DNA of 64,000 nt from a virus. Its lineage: Duplodnaviria; Caudoviricetes. The stretch is taken from the IMG/VR virus record IMGVR_UViG_3300049846_001081. One strand, 5' to 3'. Within the stretch, counting starts at the first letter, position 1, and each line of letters begins with the position of its first letter. Both the position numbers and the translations under genes were made by a program. This document shows, piece after piece, positions 46,409 to 57,305 of this stretch. The notes under the pieces are model-generated. The model searched no databases, was not told the DNA's origin, and saw only the letters and a list, made by a program, of their open reading frames with translations.

Positions 46409-47542
46409 ATGATTACATCAACTACGAGTGGTGTTTGGGAACTTGATGAAGTTTATGCGAAGCGTAATGCTGAAAGGTGGAGACCTGGGATTGCTACTTA
46501 TGAATTGTGGGCATGGGGAGTTAATAATAATGGTGAACTAGCTCAAAATAATTTAACATATAGATCATCACCTGTTCAAATTCCAGGAACACAGTGGAAT
46601 GATGTTGCTTTTGGATATAACTCCACACTTGCATCAAAAACTGATGGAACATTATGGGCATGGGGATATAATTATTATGGAGAAGTCGGTGTAAATAATA
46701 GGACTAGATATTCATCACCAGTACAAATTCCAGGAACACAATGGAATAAAACTGTAGCAGGACTATATTATGTTGGTGCGTCAAAAACTGATGGAACTTT
46801 ATGGATGTGGGGGTATAATAATACCGGACAACTTGGACTTGGTGATAAGGTAACATATTCATCACCAGTTCAAGTTCCAGGTACTCAATGGAATAATTTT
46901 GCTGCTGGAATGTATGGATATTATTTAATGGCGGCAACCAAAACTGATGGAACTTTGTGGGTATGGGGTAGAGGAGTTAGTGGTGAAACGGGACAAAATG
47001 ATAGAATAAATCGTTCTTCACCAATACAAGTTCCTGGAACACAATGGTCTTTTATTAATGCTGGCACTGGTATATCTGCAACAAAAACTGATGGAACATT
47101 GTGGACATGGGGAGAAAATAATTATGGTCAATTAGGAATTAATGATGTAATATATCGTTCATCACCAGTTCAAGTTCCAGGAACACAGTGGAATAAAGTT
47201 TTTACTGGATACAACACTTTTGGGATTAAAACTGATGGAACATTATGGGCATGGGGATATAATGCTGCGGGAGAGCTAGGTCAAAATAATTTAACATATA
47301 GATCATCACCTGTTCAAATTCCAGGAACAGAATGGAATATTGTCGTTGCTGGATACAATCACTCTGCTGCAACAAAAACAGATGGAACTTTATGGACATG
47401 GGGAGCAAATGCTTATGGTACGAGTGGACAAAATGATCTTGTAACTCGTTCATCACCAACACAAGTTCCTGGAACGCAATGGAGTACAATAAATGGTGAT
47501 ATATATTCATATTTTGCAACTAAACAAATATTTACATATTAA
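46409..47542 (+). CDS. RCC1-like 7-bladed beta-propeller protein 2
   Basis: Seven PGT(Q/E)W blades. Confidence 0.85.
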   Translation: MITSTTSGVWELDEVYAKRNAERWRPGIATYELWAWGVNNNGELAQNNLTYRSSPVQIPGTQWNDVAFGYNSTLASKTDGTLWAWGYNYYGEVGVNNRTRYSSPVQIPGTQWNKTVAGLYYVGASKTDGTLWMWGYNNTGQLGLGDKVTYSSPVQVPGTQWNNFAAGMYGYYLMAATKTDGTLWVWGRGVSGETGQNDRINRSSPIQVPGTQWSFINAGTGISATKTDGTLWTWGENNYGQLGINDVIYRSSPVQVPGTQWNKVFTGYNTFGIKTDGTLWAWGYNAAGELGQNNLTYRSSPVQIPGTEWNIVVAGYNHSAATKTDGTLWTWGANAYGTSGQNDLVTRSSPTQVPGTQWSTINGDIYSYFATKQIFTY

Positions 47543-47548
47543 CAACAC

Positions 47549-48136
47549 ATGAATCCTTTTGAACTTATTATTATTCAACCGAATATTATACCGCAACATC
47601 ACATTCAAGAACTTCTTCAATTAACCAATCAACCAACATCAAGTGCAACTGTTGGTTCTGGTGAAGAAAAAATAGAAAAAGAAACAAGACATACATTATG
47701 GTATCCAATACCTTATCCCATGTTGCAGAATTTAACATCTGCAACAATGTCTTGCTATCAATCATTTATTCATTCAAAGTATAACTCCACAGTCAAAAAC
47801 ATAGAACCAACGCAGTTTCTAGGATATCCTATCGGCGGTCACTATATAGAACATAATGATAGCGAAAACTTTGAAGGAGGAAAGTGGGTTAGAATTGCTC
47901 CAAGAGACATTTCTATCCTGTATTACCTTAATGATGAATATACTGGTGGAGAACTAGAATTCACAAAATTGGGATTGACGATTAGACCTCAAAGAGGTAT
48001 GATGATAGCATTCCCATCTTATAAAGAGTTTGCTCATAAGGTACATCCAGTCAAATCTGGTGTTCGTTATTCATTGGTCACATGGTTAGAGACAGAGAAG
48101 AAAGTTTATGACACTATACGAAGAGAAAGGATTTGA
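47549..48136 (+). CDS. 2OG-Fe(II) oxygenase (prolyl-4-hydroxylase-like)
   Basis: HND…YLNDEYTGGEL…HKV…GVRYS. Confidence 0.9.
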   Translation: MNPFELIIIQPNIIPQHHIQELLQLTNQPTSSATVGSGEEKIEKETRHTLWYPIPYPMLQNLTSATMSCYQSFIHSKYNSTVKNIEPTQFLGYPIGGHYIEHNDSENFEGGKWVRIAPRDISILYYLNDEYTGGELEFTKLGLTIRPQRGMMIAFPSYKEFAHKVHPVKSGVRYSLVTWLETEKKVYDTIRRERI

Positions 48137-48689
48137 GGTTGTTCCTCATTTTATTCCTCCATTTTTTGCACAATATCTAAGAAATTATTTTGATTTGCTA
48201 AGAGTAAATGATCAGATCCCAAATAAAGGTGATGAACAAGTAGAAAAATCACTTGGGATTTATGGTGACCCAGCATTTGATATGCTAATGTTAATGTCTC
48301 TACCTAAAGTGGAAGAAGTTGTTGGAAAGAAACTTCTTCCAACTTATACCTATGCCAGAATTTATTTCAATGGCGCTGGGTTGCTTCCACATGTGGATCG
48401 TGAAGAATGTGAGCACTCTGTTTCTCTCTGTCTTGGTGGTGAATATAATTCTCTATGGCCATTGTGGTTTAAGAATGAGAACACAGATCCTGAATACGCA
48501 GCGATGAGTGAAGGAGATGCTGTAATCTATAAAGGAAATAAAGTTCATCATTGGCGTGATGAATTTGAAGGAGTAACACAATTTCAAGTATTCATGCATT
48601 ATGTTGAAGCAGAAGGTGAATACAAGAATAAGTTATTTGATACAAGACCCTACATTGGACTGCCTGCTGGAACTAAAACTGAGTATTGA
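48108..48689 (+). CDS. 2OG-Fe(II) oxygenase
   Basis: PTYTYARIY…LLPHVDR…HHWR…FMHYV. Confidence 0.85.
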   Translation: MTLYEEKGFEVVPHFIPPFFAQYLRNYFDLLRVNDQIPNKGDEQVEKSLGIYGDPAFDMLMLMSLPKVEEVVGKKLLPTYTYARIYFNGAGLLPHVDREECEHSVSLCLGGEYNSLWPLWFKNENTDPEYAAMSEGDAVIYKGNKVHHWRDEFEGVTQFQVFMHYVEAEGEYKNKLFDTRPYIGLPAGTKTEY

Positions 48690-49984
48690 AGATGATCCAA
48701 CAACTGATTATTGAACTGAGTGAAAAAGGTGAACCAAAAGCAGCAAAAGAATTAGCAAAGGCATATCTCAAACATTCACCAGACCCTGAGATAATAAATC
48801 TGCTTGGTAAACTGCATCATGATGATAAAGAATTTGATAAAGCATTAGAATGTATGAATGCATTGCAGGAATCTCCTGGTGTAATCATCAACAAAGCAAA
48901 GTGTCTTTATTATCTACGACGAGCACCAGAAGCAGAGAAACTTCTTCTTAAACTTCCAAAAGAAGTTAGAGAAGATCCTTTGACGCAGATTGATCGCTCA
49001 CTTTATACGACTGCACAAGGTAAGTTTGATTTAAGCAAGAGAATTCTTGAACCACTTGCAGATACCATTCCACAGGCTGCATTTAATTATGGATGGTTTT
49101 TGTTGAATGATGACTTCTTAAAGGGTTATGAATACATTCGTGCAGGTGCAAAGTTAAGAGTATGGGGGCATGAATGGTTACTGAAAGAAAAGTATGGAAT
49201 TGATGAAGACCAACGTTGGAATGGAGAAGAAGTAGATACGATTGCATACTATCTTGAAGGTGGTATGGGTGATGAGATGATTTTTATTCGTTATGCAAAT
49301 CATTTTAAAAAATATTGCAAGACTCTTAAGATCTTCTGCACCAAATCCACCAAACCATTGTTTGAAGCATGTGGATATGAAAATGTCTATCTACATGAAG
49401 ATATTGTAAGAACCAAATGGACAAAGTTTGTTCCTGCAATGTCTGCACCATATTTTCTGGGTCTTTCTGGTCCTTGTGAAGGTGTAGAATTTCCTTATCT
49501 ACAAAAGCAAGCAAATCCAGTTCCTGAGATGAATGAAGTCGCAAAGGGACGCAAGAAGATTTGTATTCGTTGGAAAGGAAATCCACAATTTGAACATGAC
49601 CAATTCCGTAGTATTCCAATTGAAAAACTACTTGGATTGGATAAGTTTGGTCAGTTGTTTTCTATTCAAATTGAAGATAGTGACTTACCAAAAAATGCAC
49701 CAGTATGGGATTTAAGTCATCTAATTCATAACTGGAATGATACTTATGATATCTTTGCAGAAAGTGATTTAATTATCACATCTTGTACTGCGACTGCACA
49801 TCTTGCTGGTGCGATGGGCAAGAGACTGATTGTAATGCCTCCTTTGGTTCCTTATATTCCTTGGGCATCTGAGAGTATTAAATGGTATGGTGATAATGTG
49901 ACTGTCTTAAAACAAATGGAATACAACAGTTGGGATAAGACAATTGAAAAACTTTATGAGGTCATGGAAAATGAGATTTCATAG
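48686..49984 (+). CDS. TPR-containing GT-B glycosyltransferase-like protein (GT9-like)
   Basis: N-terminal TPR-like helices; EGGMGDEM, IRWKGNP and DLIITSCTATAHLAGAMGK motifs. Confidence 0.75.
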   Translation: MKMIQQLIIELSEKGEPKAAKELAKAYLKHSPDPEIINLLGKLHHDDKEFDKALECMNALQESPGVIINKAKCLYYLRRAPEAEKLLLKLPKEVREDPLTQIDRSLYTTAQGKFDLSKRILEPLADTIPQAAFNYGWFLLNDDFLKGYEYIRAGAKLRVWGHEWLLKEKYGIDEDQRWNGEEVDTIAYYLEGGMGDEMIFIRYANHFKKYCKTLKIFCTKSTKPLFEACGYENVYLHEDIVRTKWTKFVPAMSAPYFLGLSGPCEGVEFPYLQKQANPVPEMNEVAKGRKKICIRWKGNPQFEHDQFRSIPIEKLLGLDKFGQLFSIQIEDSDLPKNAPVWDLSHLIHNWNDTYDIFAESDLIITSCTATAHLAGAMGKRLIVMPPLVPYIPWASESIKWYGDNVTVLKQMEYNSWDKTIEKLYEVMENEIS

Positions 49985-50666
49985 TTTTTATACAGAAAAT
50001 CTTCCAGAACAAATTATTCATGATCACCAAAAGTGTTGTGAAAAAGTAGGAGTTGAAGTTTATTATCATAAGTATCCTGAGTTTGAAACCTATGATGATG
50101 CATTTTTTGCTCATGGTGATTTCATGACGAAAATGATGCAAGAAGAAACAGATGATGTTGTTTGTTTTCTTGATGTAGATTGTCTACCTACCAATAAGGA
50201 CATTCTTTTCGCTGGTTATCAATGGGCAAAAGAAAATCATTCTTTCGTTGGTAATGCACAAAACATTTCTCACATGCAGTTGAGAAACTATCTTTATTCT
50301 GCACCAGGTCTCACGCTTCTATCTAAAAAAGGTTGGGAAAGAGTTGGAAGTCCAAGCCTCCGTGCGTTTCATCAAAATGACACCTTGATTGATACCATTC
50401 ATATTGTAAGTTTAAGAGCAGACCAAATTGCAATGGATTATCAATTGATGTATCCAGTTGGATTTGATGGTGATGAAGAATCACCATCACGTCTTGGAAG
50501 TTATGGTTATTATGGAAAAGGAACATTATATCCTGCATCATGGCACTACTTTAGAATTAGTGACTTTATTGGAAAAGAAAATCTTCCTGAGTTGTGGACA
50601 AAGAGAGTTGATGATATAATGAATGGTAGGCAAATTATTCCAAGATATACGTCAAGATATTATTGA
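49971..50666 (+). CDS. GT-A glycosyltransferase-like protein
   Basis: CFLDVDCLP DxD motif; paralog of 51270..51932; start placed at ATG 49971. Confidence 0.6.
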   Translation: MRFHSFYTENLPEQIIHDHQKCCEKVGVEVYYHKYPEFETYDDAFFAHGDFMTKMMQEETDDVVCFLDVDCLPTNKDILFAGYQWAKENHSFVGNAQNISHMQLRNYLYSAPGLTLLSKKGWERVGSPSLRAFHQNDTLIDTIHIVSLRADQIAMDYQLMYPVGFDGDEESPSRLGSYGYYGKGTLYPASWHYFRISDFIGKENLPELWTKRVDDIMNGRQIIPRYTSRYY

Positions 50667-50667
50667 G

Positions 50668-51273
50668 ATGAATATTGAAACATATAGTTTATTTCCAACT
50701 AACATTGTAAGAACTGATTTCAAAGGTTTCATTACCCCAGAAGATCATTCTGCAATGATGCAAAGTGTTGATATGTTAATTGAGAATGGCGTTTATACTG
50801 ATAATGAACTGACCCCAAAGTATCAAACATCAGTAATTCTATTTCATGAAGATGCTCCACCAATCTGGCAGAAGTTAAAGCAAACATTTTATCAAGCATG
50901 TCATAATTATTTGCAAGCAACACCAGGATTTACTGGAAATCAGAATGCACTGGAGTTCACTGGTGCAGGTGCATGGTGTTACAAAGGATGGAAATCTTTA
51001 AATGCAAAAGAAACAAATCCATGGCACAATCACAATCCATCATTTCTTTCTGGTGTTTATTATCTAAAAGTTCCTGGTGATTGGTCTGTTGGTGGAACAG
51101 AATTTCATGATCCACGTACAGCACCAGCACACGGAAATCAAAATCAGTGCATTGCACCACAAGAATATACTTGGATTATTTTTCCTGGTTGGTTATCACA
51201 CAAAAGCAATTATGTTGATACTGAAGAACCACGCTATGTAATAGCCGCAAATATGTATGTAAAAGTCAAATGA
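50668..51273 (+). CDS. 2OG-Fe(II) oxygenase (TIGR02466-like)
   Basis: LFPT…WHNHNPSFLSGVYYL…FPGWLSH…RYVIAAN; start placed at ATG 50668. Confidence 0.8.
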   Translation: MNIETYSLFPTNIVRTDFKGFITPEDHSAMMQSVDMLIENGVYTDNELTPKYQTSVILFHEDAPPIWQKLKQTFYQACHNYLQATPGFTGNQNALEFTGAGAWCYKGWKSLNAKETNPWHNHNPSFLSGVYYLKVPGDWSVGGTEFHDPRTAPAHGNQNQCIAPQEYTWIIFPGWLSHKSNYVDTEEPRYVIAANMYVKVK

Positions 51274-51932
51274 AAAGAGCAATTTTTACTTTCTATAATC
51301 TATCAATTGATAAAGAGGTTATACGACTTCAACATGAAGTGATTCAGAAGTTAAACAAAACTGCTGACTTTCTTCCTTTATGTTCTCAAACGCATGGTGA
51401 GGAAGTTATTCATCCAGATGGTGTTGAATATGGATTTCATCAACTGTTTCAAGAGTATGATACAGTTTTGCTTTTAGATGTTGACTGTATTCCCTTAAAT
51501 CAATATGCACTTGAGTATACCTTTGAACAAGCAGAAAGTGGCAAGTTGATTGGTAATGCACAGATTGGTGCTCATCTACAAAATCCAGAACATCTATATG
51601 TTGCTCCATCAGCATTTTGTCTTACACGAAAAATGTTTGAGGACTTTGGAAGACTTACATTTAAACCCGATCATTATCATGCAGATACCTGTGGATTCTA
51701 TACGCTTGAAGCAGAAAAGCGTGGAGTAGAAGTAGAATTTTATATGCCCACACATTTCCAACGACCACCAAGAAATGCTGTATGGGATTTAGGTCAAGGT
51801 CGTGGTCAGTATGGTATTGGTACTACATATTCAAATCATCTTGGTGTGAATATGTTCTATCATCTATTTGAAAGTCGTCTAAATGTATATAATTGTCTGT
51901 TCTACGATAAATGTGAGGAGTTACTGAAATGA
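51270..51932 (+). CDS. GT-A glycosyltransferase-like protein
   Basis: LLLDVDCIP DxD motif and IGNAQ…YVAPS. Confidence 0.6.
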   Translation: MKRAIFTFYNLSIDKEVIRLQHEVIQKLNKTADFLPLCSQTHGEEVIHPDGVEYGFHQLFQEYDTVLLLDVDCIPLNQYALEYTFEQAESGKLIGNAQIGAHLQNPEHLYVAPSAFCLTRKMFEDFGRLTFKPDHYHADTCGFYTLEAEKRGVEVEFYMPTHFQRPPRNAVWDLGQGRGQYGIGTTYSNHLGVNMFYHLFESRLNVYNCLFYDKCEELLK

Positions 51933-52528
51933 ATACTTATCTTGATGCATGTGTAGAAAATCCAAGAACATTAGACCTTGGAAATGATATGTATGCCATT
52001 GAATTCTGGAAACCAGAATTTTGTAAAGAGTTAATCAACATTGCAGAAAATATTGAAGGAGGGTTTCAGAGTCAACCAGGAGACCCTGTATACGGTCAGG
52101 AGATACGTATCAGTAGGATTAGTGATTTATTCTATTTAAATTACTGTGAGCACTGGAAACGTGTTGTATCGCCGTTTCTTGATGAGAAGATTGGCATGTC
52201 TAGTGAACAGTGGTTTGTTGGGTGGAAAGTTCCTTTTATTATCAAATACACAATGGATGGTCAGAGAGGTCTTCGTCCTCATGCTGATGATAGTTTATAT
52301 ACGGGCACAATTAAACTAAATGATGAATACACTGGTGGTGAACTGATTTATCCACGTCAAAAGTTCAGTAATAAAGATGTCCCAGTTGGTACAATGATTC
52401 TTGCTCCATCAATGATTACTCATGTTCATTATAGTAGTGAACTTGAAAGTGGAACGAAGTATTCTTTTGTATCTTGGACGAAACTAAATAGGAAAGATAG
52501 CGGTATAAACTACTCAGAAGTACAATGA
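51929..52528 (+). CDS. 2OG-Fe(II) oxygenase (lysyl-hydroxylase-like)
   Basis: FIIKY…LRPHADDS…KLNDEYTGGEL…THVH. Confidence 0.8.
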   Translation: MNTYLDACVENPRTLDLGNDMYAIEFWKPEFCKELINIAENIEGGFQSQPGDPVYGQEIRISRISDLFYLNYCEHWKRVVSPFLDEKIGMSSEQWFVGWKVPFIIKYTMDGQRGLRPHADDSLYTGTIKLNDEYTGGELIYPRQKFSNKDVPVGTMILAPSMITHVHYSSELESGTKYSFVSWTKLNRKDSGINYSEVQ

Positions 52529-53679
52529 GTATAAGAAAGAACACCTGGAATTTAAGTGGACATTATGATTTAACCAATAGTGGGTTGAATAGTTATGTTG
52601 GTGAAAATCAAATATTTTTTTGGGGAATCAATAATTATGGACATTTGGGAGTAAATGATAGAGTAGCACGTTCGTCACCAGTACAACTTCCGGGAACACA
52701 GTGGTCTTCATCAAGTTCTTCACTTTTACAATCTCTTGCAACTAAATCTGATGGAACTTTATGGTCTTTTGGTTTAGATCAGTTTGGTCAACAAGGACAA
52801 AATACTCAGGGAATTAGTAGGTCATCACCAACTCAAATTCCCGGAACACAATGGAGCACTGGTAGAAATAAAATATCTGCAGGAAATCATCCAAATGGTG
52901 CAATCAAAACAGATGGAACACTATGGATGTGGGGATATAATGACGGAGGAGATCTTGGTCAAAATAGTGTAGTTAGATATTCATCACCAGTTCAAGTTCC
53001 TGGAACACAATGGAATTCAATTTCTTTAGCTAAACCAACTACAGGTGGAGCAGTCATAGCAACAAAAACTGACGGAACTCTGTGGGGATGGGGAGGAAAT
53101 TATAACGGTGGACTGGGACAAAATGAAGGAACTGCAAACTATTCATCACCAAGACAAATTCCAGGAACACAATGGAGTTTAGCACTATCAACATATAATG
53201 GTTTTAGAGCTACTAAAACTGATGGAACTTTATGGGTCTGTGGTAGTAATACATTAGGACAATTAGGACAAAATAATCTAGTAACATATTCATCACCAAT
53301 TCAAGTTCCAGGAACGCAATGGGATTTAACAACTTCATCTGTTGATAAAGAAATGAATATATTGCGTAAAACTGATGGAACATTATGGACATTTGGGGAA
53401 AATGCATATGGTGGATTAGGTTTAAATAGTACTATCTTGCGTTCTTCACCAACACAAATACCAGGAACACAATGGGCAATAGCATCTACACATGTTTATG
53501 GTGGTACAGCAGTTAAAACTGATAACACTTTATGGTTATGGGGTTACGCATATCATGGAAATTTGGGACAAAACAATGTAATATATCGTTCATCACCAGT
53601 TCAAATTCCTGGAACACAATGGGGTTATAAATTACCTGATGCTTGCGGATTCTCTCCATCTGCCTTCATATTGCAATAA
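52525..53679 (+). CDS. RCC1-like 7-bladed beta-propeller protein 3
   Basis: Seven PGTQW blades. Confidence 0.85.
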   Translation: MSIRKNTWNLSGHYDLTNSGLNSYVGENQIFFWGINNYGHLGVNDRVARSSPVQLPGTQWSSSSSSLLQSLATKSDGTLWSFGLDQFGQQGQNTQGISRSSPTQIPGTQWSTGRNKISAGNHPNGAIKTDGTLWMWGYNDGGDLGQNSVVRYSSPVQVPGTQWNSISLAKPTTGGAVIATKTDGTLWGWGGNYNGGLGQNEGTANYSSPRQIPGTQWSLALSTYNGFRATKTDGTLWVCGSNTLGQLGQNNLVTYSSPIQVPGTQWDLTTSSVDKEMNILRKTDGTLWTFGENAYGGLGLNSTILRSSPTQIPGTQWAIASTHVYGGTAVKTDNTLWLWGYAYHGNLGQNNVIYRSSPVQIPGTQWGYKLPDACGFSPSAFILQ

Positions 53680-53707
53680 TAAATAACAACAAACAGAATT
53701 TTACATC

Positions 53708-54541
53708 ATGCAACAACTTCATTACTGCCTGGGTCTGCCCAGGACTTGCTCTTCAGTGATTATGAACATCCTGAATGAGAATCCAAGATTTTTCACAACA
53801 GGTACATGTCCTTTACCATATCTCGTGAGTGCTTGCAGAGACATCTCCACACAAGTCAGCGAGTTCATTGCTCTAGATAAGGACGTACTCAATGATGCAT
53901 ACCTCAACTTCCTGCGACAAGGGTTTCGTGGGTGGTTTGAGAGTATGACAGATAAACCTGTTGTAGTTTCAAAGTCAAGAGTGTGGGCAGAATATCTGTC
54001 ACATACTTTTGCACTCAATCCAAATTCAAAGTATCTCTACATTGTAAGAGACCTTCGTGATATCATTTGTTCTTTTGAGAATCTTCTTCATAAGTATCCT
54101 AATATTACGATTGGTGATACTCAAATGCCTTTCCAACATAATACGTTTGAAAAGCGTATGGAGTTGTATTGTACTGATGGAATGGCAAATCTTGGAAGAC
54201 CTTTGCATATGCTTCCTCATGTAATGGAAGTTGCACAGAGACATCCAGAGAACTTCTTCTTCTTGAGGCATGAGGATTTCAATGAGAATCCAAGAGGAAC
54301 TTTCCAACTCATTTACCAGTGGTTAGGTGAAGAATACTTTGAGCATGATTTTGAGAATATTCCAAAACCTGATTACTATGAGCATGATACTGTTTATCGC
54401 TCAATGGTAACTCACAAAACAGGAACAAAACTAAAAAAACTTGAACCACGTTGGCCAAAGATGATGACTCCTGAGCAATCACACCTGGTCGTTCAAAATA
54501 ACCTTTCATTCTATCAACAGTTCTATCCTGAATTTGTATGA
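53708..54541 (+). CDS. Sulfotransferase-family protein
   Basis: LGLPRTCSS 5'-PSB loop, YIVRDLRDIICS 3'-PB motif and LRHEDF…P; late promoter at 53679-53685. Confidence 0.85.
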   Translation: MQQLHYCLGLPRTCSSVIMNILNENPRFFTTGTCPLPYLVSACRDISTQVSEFIALDKDVLNDAYLNFLRQGFRGWFESMTDKPVVVSKSRVWAEYLSHTFALNPNSKYLYIVRDLRDIICSFENLLHKYPNITIGDTQMPFQHNTFEKRMELYCTDGMANLGRPLHMLPHVMEVAQRHPENFFFLRHEDFNENPRGTFQLIYQWLGEEYFEHDFENIPKPDYYEHDTVYRSMVTHKTGTKLKKLEPRWPKMMTPEQSHLVVQNNLSFYQQFYPEFV

Positions 54542-55197
54542 ACTTTTTGAATTCATATGATACTAATGTAGAAAGTGCATATATCATTACTCTTCCCAAT
54601 AGCGAAACATCACAGAGACTTACACAGCAGTGTGTGGCGTCCTGTGAGGCAGTAGGACAATCCTATAAACTATGGGAAGGGTTTGATGGTAGTTCTGGTG
54701 AAATTCAAGTACCAAAACACCTAGAAGGACAAGCATTTATTAATTTCTTGCGTCTTCATAATCAATTGATGACGCCCACACAAATTGCTTGTTTTTATAG
54801 TCACTATTCTTTATGGTGCATGTGTGTTGATATTGACCGACCAATTGTAATTCTGGAACACGATGCAGTCATGGAAAGACCATATCTGTTTCATAAGTTT
54901 CATAGTAATGTTGTTTATCTTGGGTCAAGTGAACAAAAGTTTAAAGATTGGGAGATTATTTCTATACCACCTCATGCAACAGATCATAATGGTTTATATC
55001 GTTTCATCTGTCGTGCTCATGCATATGCGATTGACCCATTCGTAGCAAAGAACATGATTTCGTATGTAATTCAACAAGGTATCACAACAACCTTGGATGT
55101 AATTCTACGTGCTGATATTATTCCTATCGTTCAAGATGGACTTTATGCTTATGATAACAATCATGGTCTTTCAACAATTCATAAGGAGTGGGTATGA
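54538..55197 (+). CDS. Glycosyltransferase, GT25-like
   Basis: AYIITL, FDG, QIACFYSHYSLW, VILEHDA and AHAYAI motifs. Confidence 0.75.
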   Translation: MNFLNSYDTNVESAYIITLPNSETSQRLTQQCVASCEAVGQSYKLWEGFDGSSGEIQVPKHLEGQAFINFLRLHNQLMTPTQIACFYSHYSLWCMCVDIDRPIVILEHDAVMERPYLFHKFHSNVVYLGSSEQKFKDWEIISIPPHATDHNGLYRFICRAHAYAIDPFVAKNMISYVIQQGITTTLDVILRADIIPIVQDGLYAYDNNHGLSTIHKEWV

Positions 55198-55724
55198 ATA
55201 CATTAGAAATTCAAAAGGTAAAGAAAGAACTTCCAGTCTTTACAACAATTCTTGATGACCACGTAGAGATGAATCGGTATCTTAAACAAGTTATTCTAGA
55301 ACACCGTCATCTGAATCCAGAAACAAATGAAAGTAATGTAAAAGCCTGGCATTCAAGTTGGGTTACGCATCAAGAAAATCCAAAGTTTCAACCTTTCATT
55401 GACCTTGTGTTAAGTGCTTGTTCTTTTGTATCAAAGGGATATTTTGAACAAGATATGAAGTTTAAATGTTTTAATATGTGGGCAATGCAATATGAGAAAG
55501 GTGAGTATGCGATAAGGCACTCACACTATCCAAGTGACTTTGCTTGTGCATATTATGTGGATGTAGAACCAGGATGTTCTCCAATTATTTTTGAAGGTGA
55601 ATTAAAGGTTTATCCACAAAACGGTATGTTAGTATTATTTCCTGCATTATTGCACCATGAAGTTCCACCGACTGATGCGCGAAGAATGGTTATTTCCATG
55701 AATATTGATAAAGAATATGTCTGA
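55188..55724 (+). CDS. 2OG-Fe(II) oxygenase (TIGR02466-like)
   Basis: WAMQY…HSHYP…FPALLHHEV…RMVISMN. Confidence 0.8.
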   Translation: MGMNTLEIQKVKKELPVFTTILDDHVEMNRYLKQVILEHRHLNPETNESNVKAWHSSWVTHQENPKFQPFIDLVLSACSFVSKGYFEQDMKFKCFNMWAMQYEKGEYAIRHSHYPSDFACAYYVDVEPGCSPIIFEGELKVYPQNGMLVLFPALLHHEVPPTDARRMVISMNIDKEYV

Positions 55725-56580
55725 TATTCATATCGTTACAAGAACATGCGACCGCAGTTCAATTCAAAGTAATCGCATTGTGAATAAAACAGAATGTACA
55801 CTTCGGTGCGTTTACTCTGTCTTAAAGAATATGCAGAACTTGGCGAATGTGCATTATCATATTATTGATGATATGTCCAGTGACTACTTAAGAAAAAGTA
55901 TGGTAGATCTGTGCTTATTATACAAACAGAGTGTAAGTTTTAATTTTCTTGGACCCAGGGAAACTGATGGACAAAATCCACATCAGGCTTCTAGGCATTC
56001 AGTAAAAGTCGCATATGATTACATCTACGCATTACCTGATGATGACTTTGTTTATATTGTAGATGATGACCATTTGCATCAAGACAATGCAATTTCTACA
56101 ATGATTTCTGCATGGGAATATCTTCAGCAAGTCACTCCAGAAGAAACTGATGTTGGTATCTTCCCTCAATGTTTTGTTCAGTTGTTTCCTTACCTAGGAA
56201 ATAACTATGCTCATACTTATGTTCGTCCATGCTACGTCATTCCAACACCGGTTGGTTTTTATCGCACAACATGGTATACTCATGAAACGTTCATGATAAA
56301 AGCCAAGATCTTTAAAAAATACAAAAACATTTTTGATACATTGGTTACGACAGGAAGTGACCCTGCAATTTGGGAAGGAAATACAATTTCTAAAGTATGG
56401 GAACGTGATGACTTCATGATGTTCATGCCTCTTCACCCTTCCGTTATGCACATGTCTGTCTCACAAGACAAACCCTTTTATTGGTCTAAAGAAGACGTAA
56501 TTCATCTTTGGGAAAATAACAAAACACCCTTTTCTTTACCCGAAAATTCATATCTTAATTTAAATGAGGTAATCCTATAA
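55705..56580 (+). CDS. GT-A glycosyltransferase-like protein
   Basis: HIIDDMS and VYIVDDDHLH motifs. Confidence 0.6.
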   Translation: MIKNMSDIHIVTRTCDRSSIQSNRIVNKTECTLRCVYSVLKNMQNLANVHYHIIDDMSSDYLRKSMVDLCLLYKQSVSFNFLGPRETDGQNPHQASRHSVKVAYDYIYALPDDDFVYIVDDDHLHQDNAISTMISAWEYLQQVTPEETDVGIFPQCFVQLFPYLGNNYAHTYVRPCYVIPTPVGFYRTTWYTHETFMIKAKIFKKYKNIFDTLVTTGSDPAIWEGNTISKVWERDDFMMFMPLHPSVMHMSVSQDKPFYWSKEDVIHLWENNKTPFSLPENSYLNLNEVIL

Positions 56581-57305
56581 TGATTGTAGAAAATCCAGTT
56601 ACGATTGCAAATGATGTTCCCATCATTGACCCATATGAAGGATTTGATTTCACACAATATCCTTTTGATGTAACAGCATTCTGGGATTATTTTGGTGGCA
56701 GAACACCAACAAACAATCCAGATGATAACTCTCCAGTTTTTGAGAAACTGATTAGTGAAGTTAAACCACAACTGATTTTAGAAGTAGGAAGTTATAAAGG
56801 TAAGAGTGCTATTCATATGGCAAATCTTACTAAGAAGTATCAAATTCTTGCAAAGGTTGTTTGTATTGATACGTTTCTTGGATCTGCAGAGCATTATTTC
56901 TGCAATGAGGACCTTAAACGTTTAAATGGATATCCAATGCTTTACTATCAGTTTCTTGCAAATGTGATGCACACAAACAATCAAGATGTGATTGTTCCTA
57001 TTCCTTTGGATAGTTTAAGTGAGTATCGTATTCTAAAAGAAAATGGTACAAAAGCAGATATGATTTTTATTGATGCTGGGCACTTCTATGAAAGTGTTGC
57101 ACTTGATATCAAACTTTACTGGGAATTGCTGAAACCAGGTGGTGTAATGCTTGGTGATGATTATTGTGAAAAGACTTGGCCAGATGTAATTCGTGCAGTT
57201 CATGAATTCTTTCCACATGATCAAGTATTCACTGAAGATAATAAGTGGTGGGTTTATAAAAAAGTAGAACCTGTTAATGTTCCAAATAAATCTTGGAGTT
57301 GGTGA
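56580..57305 (+). CDS. Class I SAM-dependent methyltransferase (Methyltransf_24-like)
   Basis: LEVGSYKGKS, CIDTF, MIFIDAGH and LKPGGVMLGDDY motifs. Confidence 0.9.
   Translation: MIVENPVTIANDVPIIDPYEGFDFTQYPFDVTAFWDYFGGRTPTNNPDDNSPVFEKLISEVKPQLILEVGSYKGKSAIHMANLTKKYQILAKVVCIDTFLGSAEHYFCNEDLKRLNGYPMLYYQFLANVMHTNNQDVIVPIPLDSLSEYRILKENGTKADMIFIDAGHFYESVALDIKLYWELLKPGGVMLGDDYCEKTWPDVIRAVHEFFPHDQVFTEDNKWWVYKKVEPVNVPNKSWSW

Noticed and set aside
3109-50667. Upstream-extended starts in the ORF track (3109, 4436, 6000, 6172, 8575, 9772, 32229, 49944, 50623)
   Set aside because: They overlap upstream genes, promoters or tRNA ends. Downstream ATGs with SD sites or stop/start coupling fit better.
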